This document shows, piece after piece, positions 60,163 to 64,000 of a stretch of 64,000 bases of DNA (its first letter is position 1; each line of letters starts with the position of its first letter). The position numbers were made by a program, and so were the translations under genes. The DNA is from Candidatus Calescibacterium sp. GTDB taxonomy: Bacteria > Calescibacteriota > Calescibacteriia > Calescibacteriales > Calescibacteriaceae. The notes beneath the pieces are model-generated. The model worked only from the letters and a program-made list of their open reading frames with translations. It ran no database searches and was not told the origin of the DNA. The stretch is taken from positions 1-64,000 of the forward strand of contig JAVVGL010000007.1 of the NCBI GenBank assembly GCA_032249135.1, given 5' to 3'.

Positions 60163-60576
60163 TTATATTTTTCCGAGTTTTTTTATTCTTTCTTCCGGAC
60201 TTATTATATCTATTATTCTTACACCGAATTTATCACCCACAAGAACTATTTCTCCCCTTGCTATATGGCGACCGTTGACCAAAATTTCTACGGGCTCACT
60301 TTCTTGTTTATCAAGTTCTATTGTTGCTCCCTGAGTTATCTGCAAAAGGTCTCCAAGGAGCATTTTTGTTCTTCCAATCTCAACCGAGATCTCAAGGGGT
60401 ATATCAAGCAAAGATCTTAGAACTTCTGGGATAATTTTTTCTGCAGTTTCTCTTTCTCCCTCTTCTTTTTTCTTTTCTTCTTCTGCTGCAACATCAGATA
60501 TAGCTTTTGCTAAAGCTTCTTTCATCTCATCACTCATACCTTCAAAAGCCTTTTCAACATTTACCTTTTCTTCCAT
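60163..60576 (-). CDS. fliN: Flagellar motor switch protein FliN
   Basis: LLDIPLEISVEIGRTKM, EPVEILVNG..IARGEIV....FGVRI. Confidence 0.93.
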   Translation of the reverse strand: MEEKVNVEKAFEGMSDEMKEALAKAISDVAAEEEKKKEEGERETAEKIIPEVLRSLLDIPLEISVEIGRTKMLLGDLLQITQGATIELDKQESEPVEILVNGRHIARGEIVLVGDKFGVRIIDIISPEERIKKLGKI

Positions 60577-60662
60577 ATTTGATATTTTAATTATTTGCAT
60601 TCAAGTTTTCCTAACTTTCTAATATTAGCAAGTATTACCTTTTTGGAAATGCACAACTAAAA

Positions 60663-61343
60663 ATGGAAGAATCAAAACTTTTCCGAGTTTTATCGCAGAT
60701 ATCTCAAAATCTCAACCTATATCTTGGTGGGGATTTTCTCATCTACCTTATTGCAAAACATAGAAAAGTAGAAAAAATTCATTTTTTCTCACAGGAAAAA
60801 TTGAAAAAAAATGAATATGAAAAATTCATAGCAAATTTATTCAGAAACTCTAATATAGATTTTGAATTCTCAATAATACTTTCAGATCTCATTCATCTGA
60901 GGGTTGAAAAATTTTCAATTTATATAATATACCATCCATATAAAATCTGGAAAGAATTGAGCATACATGAAATGATCGGAGAAAAAATTGATTTAGGAAT
61001 AAAAAGTCTTTCCCTTGAAGATAGTGTTTGTGTAAAGACAAATATGCTTATAAACTCCCAAGATAAAAAGGAAACGATAGAAAACGCATTAGATTTATTT
61101 TTTGGAATAGAAAATATGAAAATTACTCAAGATGAACTTGGGAGAATTTACGAATTCAAATACGAAATAAAATTTTATGAAATAATAAGCGAGATAAAGC
61201 AAAGGATTAGGGAAATATCAGAATATGAAACGAATTTTGAAGATCTGGGGATAGAGTTGATGAAAAGAAAAATAACAAAGAAAGAGCTCGTAGATGCTCT
61301 AAATAAGTACTTCTCACAGGCTATAAAAGATCATTCCATATAA
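60663..61343 (+). CDS. Degenerate AbiEii-like nucleotidyltransferase-fold protein
   Basis: LYLGGDFL...HRKVEKIHFFS aligns by eye to YLxGGTAL...HRxSxDLDFF; later SLED...K and ALDLFF. Confidence 0.45.
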   Translation: MEESKLFRVLSQISQNLNLYLGGDFLIYLIAKHRKVEKIHFFSQEKLKKNEYEKFIANLFRNSNIDFEFSIILSDLIHLRVEKFSIYIIYHPYKIWKELSIHEMIGEKIDLGIKSLSLEDSVCVKTNMLINSQDKKETIENALDLFFGIENMKITQDELGRIYEFKYEIKFYEIISEIKQRIREISEYETNFEDLGIELMKRKITKKELVDALNKYFSQAIKDHSI

Positions 61344-61415
61344 AAAATTTTTAGGATAAAAATAAAGAAAATTTTTGATTTTTATTTTTTGAATAAAAGA
61401 ATTAAATTTTGAACT

Positions 61416-62267
61416 ATGCGAAAAATAGGAATAATCGGACCAGGGGTTATGGGCTCATCAATTGCTTACCTTGCGGCTTCCTGCGGATTTGATGTTGTCC
61501 TGTATGGTAGATCTGATAACTCACTTGAAAAAGGAAAAGATAGGATAGAAAAGATAATATTCGGGGGATTGAAAAGAGGAAAAATCACAGAAAAAGATGC
61601 GGAAAAAATAAGAGAGAAAATAGAATACACCACAGATTTTGCTCCTTTTGTAGATTGCGATATAGTAATAGAATCAGTATCAGAAGATATGGAGCTTAAA
61701 AAAGATATATTCAGAAGGGTGGATACGATTTGCCCGAAAAGAACCATACTTGCTACGAACACATCTACAAAATCTGTAACAGAAATAGCGAGTGTTTGCA
61801 AGCATCAAGATAGAGTTGTCGGGATGCACTTTTTCAATCCAGCACACATTATGAAGCTTGTGGAAGTAGTGAAGGCTGTACAAACATCAGATGAGGTTGT
61901 AGAACAAGTGAAAGACATTGCGATAAAGCTCGGGAAAATACCAGTAGTTGTAAAAGATTATCCGGGCTTTATAGTTAACAGGCTTTTGGTTCCATTTTTG
62001 AATCATGCGATTGAATTTTTGGAAAGTGGAATAAGCGCTGAGACATTGAGAAAAGTCACAACTTTGGGGTTGGGACATCCGATGGGACCGGTGGAACTTG
62101 CAGATTTTATAGGATTAGACGTTGTTGAAGCTATGGGAGAAACTCTTTACGAGGGTTTCAAAGACGAAAAATTTTCTCCGCCGATTTTGCTGAAAAACCT
62201 TGTAAAGGCTGGATTTTTAGGTGTAAAAACTAAAAGAGGTTTTCTTGAATATGATGGGAAAAAATAG
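61416..62267 (+). CDS. hbd: 3-hydroxyacyl-CoA (3-hydroxybutyryl-CoA) dehydrogenase
   Basis: GPGVMG, IESVSE, ATNTS, GMHFFNP, PGFIVNR, HPMGPVELADFIGLD. Confidence 0.92.
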   Translation: MRKIGIIGPGVMGSSIAYLAASCGFDVVLYGRSDNSLEKGKDRIEKIIFGGLKRGKITEKDAEKIREKIEYTTDFAPFVDCDIVIESVSEDMELKKDIFRRVDTICPKRTILATNTSTKSVTEIASVCKHQDRVVGMHFFNPAHIMKLVEVVKAVQTSDEVVEQVKDIAIKLGKIPVVVKDYPGFIVNRLLVPFLNHAIEFLESGISAETLRKVTTLGLGHPMGPVELADFIGLDVVEAMGETLYEGFKDEKFSPPILLKNLVKAGFLGVKTKRGFLEYDGKK

Positions 62268-62934
62268 CAGAAAATACTCCTATTGCCACAGAAGAGGCAA
62301 CATTTAAAGACTCAACTTTTCCAAATTGGGGGATTCTGACTTTAAAATCAGCTGAATTTAAAGTTTCCTGTGAAACCCCTTTATCTTCTGAACCAAAGCA
62401 TAAAGTAGCAGGAAATGTGAACTTCGTTGAAAATATTGAATTTTCAGTTCTCAAATCAAAAACATAAATCTTTGTTCTTCTTTTCAGCTCATCCAATACA
62501 TTTTTTTTCTTTTCTCTTATAACTTTTATGTGAAAGAAAGCCCCTGATGAAGCCTTTATAAGTTGAGGAGAAATCTCTGGGCTTCCCTCTTCTGAAATAA
62601 TTACAGCATCACATCCAAAAAATTCACAAATCCTAATTATATTCCCTATATTTCCAACATCCTGAACACCATCTAAAAACACAACGAGTTTCTTTATATC
62701 ATGTAAGTCTTTTAAACTATATTTTTTCAGATTGACTTCAAAGGCTATGCCTTGATGCTCCTCTGATCCACAAATTTTAGTTATAATATTCGGATGCACA
62801 ATTCTTATATCTTTTACGCGATCGCCAAAAAGTTCTTTTGCAAAAACTAATACACTCTTTTTAACCCAAATTCTTTTCGGAATAAATCCAGCTCTTTTTA
62901 ACTCTCTTGCTACCTGTTTCCCATAAAGAATCAT
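62230..62934 (-). CDS. rlmB: TrmH/SpoU RNA 2'-O-methyltransferase (RlmB-like)
   Basis: HQGI, LDGVQDVGNIGNIIR, KASSGA, FGSEDKGV, ESLNVASS. Confidence 0.88.
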   Translation of the reverse strand: MILYGKQVARELKRAGFIPKRIWVKKSVLVFAKELFGDRVKDIRIVHPNIITKICGSEEHQGIAFEVNLKKYSLKDLHDIKKLVVFLDGVQDVGNIGNIIRICEFFGCDAVIISEEGSPEISPQLIKASSGAFFHIKVIREKKKNVLDELKRRTKIYVFDLRTENSIFSTKFTFPATLCFGSEDKGVSQETLNSADFKVRIPQFGKVESLNVASSVAIGVFSAIFSHHIQENLF

Positions 62935-62956
62935 ATACACACAAACAAAAAATAAG

Positions 62957-64000
62957 TCAAATTGAGCATATTTTACCGGGAAGATAACTTATTTTTGCTC
63001 CTGTTATTTTTGACATATCAACCCTAACTCCATTTACTCTGAGATAAGCAAGATATGCAAATAGAATTGGTTCAACAAAATCTGAATTCACTCCAATATC
63101 ATCTGATACTACCGTATGGACTTTTATTTCTTCTTTAAGTCTTGAAACCATAAATTTATTTTTTGTTCCTCCACCGCACAAGATACATATATCCGGTCTG
63201 AAAAAATTGACTTCTTCTGAGATAAGCCTTACAGATACTTCAACAGCGGTTCTCAAAGCATCTGAAGGGCTTTTATTCTTTGTCAGTTCAAAGAAAAATT
63301 TTTTTGCCTCCTCTATTTCATATCCCAGAGTTTTTTTCCCTTTTCTTATTTTTCGTATAAAGTTTAGAGTTTTTTCAAAAGCTTGTTCTATCAAATTTCC
63401 TTCTGATGCTTTTTTGCCGAATTTGTCGTAATCGACTCCAAACCTCTTTTTAGATATAAAATCAGATAAGGCATTTGCTGGACCTACATCTTTTGCTGAT
63501 ATAACTTCTCCATCTTTTATGTGTGTTATATTCGCTATTCCTCCAAGGTTTACAACCGAAACTTTTTTTGATATTTTTCCAAAGAGTATTTTGTGCACAA
63601 TTGGAGATAAAGGAGCTCCTTTACCGCCAGCAGCTATATCGCTTTTTCTGAAATCATAAACGACCGGAACGCCTAAAACTTTGGCAATATATAAAGGTTC
63701 TCCTATTTGATAAGTAAGAACTCTATTTTTTGACTCATAATGGTATACGGTTTGACCATGAAATCCAATAACCTCCGGTTTGATTTCAATACCATCTAAA
63801 AACTTTTTCAAAGATTTTGCAAAAGATAAACCTATGATTTCATTACATAGCAAAATTTCATCAAAGTTTCCTCCTCCGTTTTGAACAAGGTAAATCAATT
63901 TTTCCTTTTCCTTGTGAGAGAAATCAAAAGCCTGATATTTTATCACCTTTATTTCTTCACCATTTATATCACACAAGATAAGCTCTTTTGCGTTAATGGA
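62957..64000 (-). CDS. anmK: Anhydro-N-acetylmuramic acid kinase (5' end outside window)
   Basis: GFHGQTVYH, DFRKSDIAAGGKGAPL, NLGGIANIT, DVGPAN, CGGG; frame open to the window edge. Confidence 0.93.
   Translation of the reverse strand, partial: SINAKELILCDINGEEIKVIKYQAFDFSHKEKEKLIYLVQNGGGNFDEILLCNEIIGLSFAKSLKKFLDGIEIKPEVIGFHGQTVYHYESKNRVLTYQIGEPLYIAKVLGVPVVYDFRKSDIAAGGKGAPLSPIVHKILFGKISKKVSVVNLGGIANITHIKDGEVISAKDVGPANALSDFISKKRFGVDYDKFGKKASEGNLIEQAFEKTLNFIRKIRKGKKTLGYEIEEAKKFFFELTKNKSPSDALRTAVEVSVRLISEEVNFFRPDICILCGGGTKNKFMVSRLKEEIKVHTVVSDDIGVNSDFVEPILFAYLAYLRVNGVRVDMSKITGAKISYLPGKICSI

Noticed and set aside
1..64000. CRISPR array, prophage, integrase, rRNA, riboswitch
   Set aside because: No regularly spaced repeats, phage or integrase genes, or additional GC-rich structured leaders were seen by eye; a covariance-model scan would be needed to exclude weak ncRNAs.

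Overview
AT-rich bacterial chromosome segment. The proteins are rich in Lys/Glu/Ile while the structural RNAs are very GC-rich, which suggests a thermophile. Lipoproteins, a C-terminal-Phe barrel and GspL/M suggest a diderm envelope (both inferences). Most genes are housekeeping genes scattered out of their usual operons: alaS, acpP, dxr, holB, gmk, khpA, hpf, tatA, nuoE-like, fliN, sufB, rtcB, degP, anmK. Also present are an RNase P RNA gene, tRNA-His(GUG), tRNA-Arg(UCU), a two-gene multiheme cytochrome unit, a glycan-modification cluster, a 1722-aa Ig/FG-GAP lipoprotein and c-di-GMP proteins. Items read from the sequence that the ORF track misses or does not explain: (1) a 375-aa intein in sufB whose second LAGLIDADG Asp is mutated to Gly; (2) an RNase P RNA lacking P18; (3) a perfect 22-bp CRP/FNR-type palindrome at about -41.5 of the cytochrome promoter; (4) an unannotated 53-aa polyproline ORF; (5) a decayed IS701-type transposase fragment next to the orphan nuoE; (6) rtcB starting 6 nt after the CCA of tRNA-Arg; (7) a frameshifted polysaccharide deacetylase; (8) a Tam41-like cytidylyltransferase; (9) a recurring TAAAAT-N6-8-ATG leaderless-gene signature. 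No CRISPR array, rRNA or prophage was seen. All family calls are by motif recognition, not database search.
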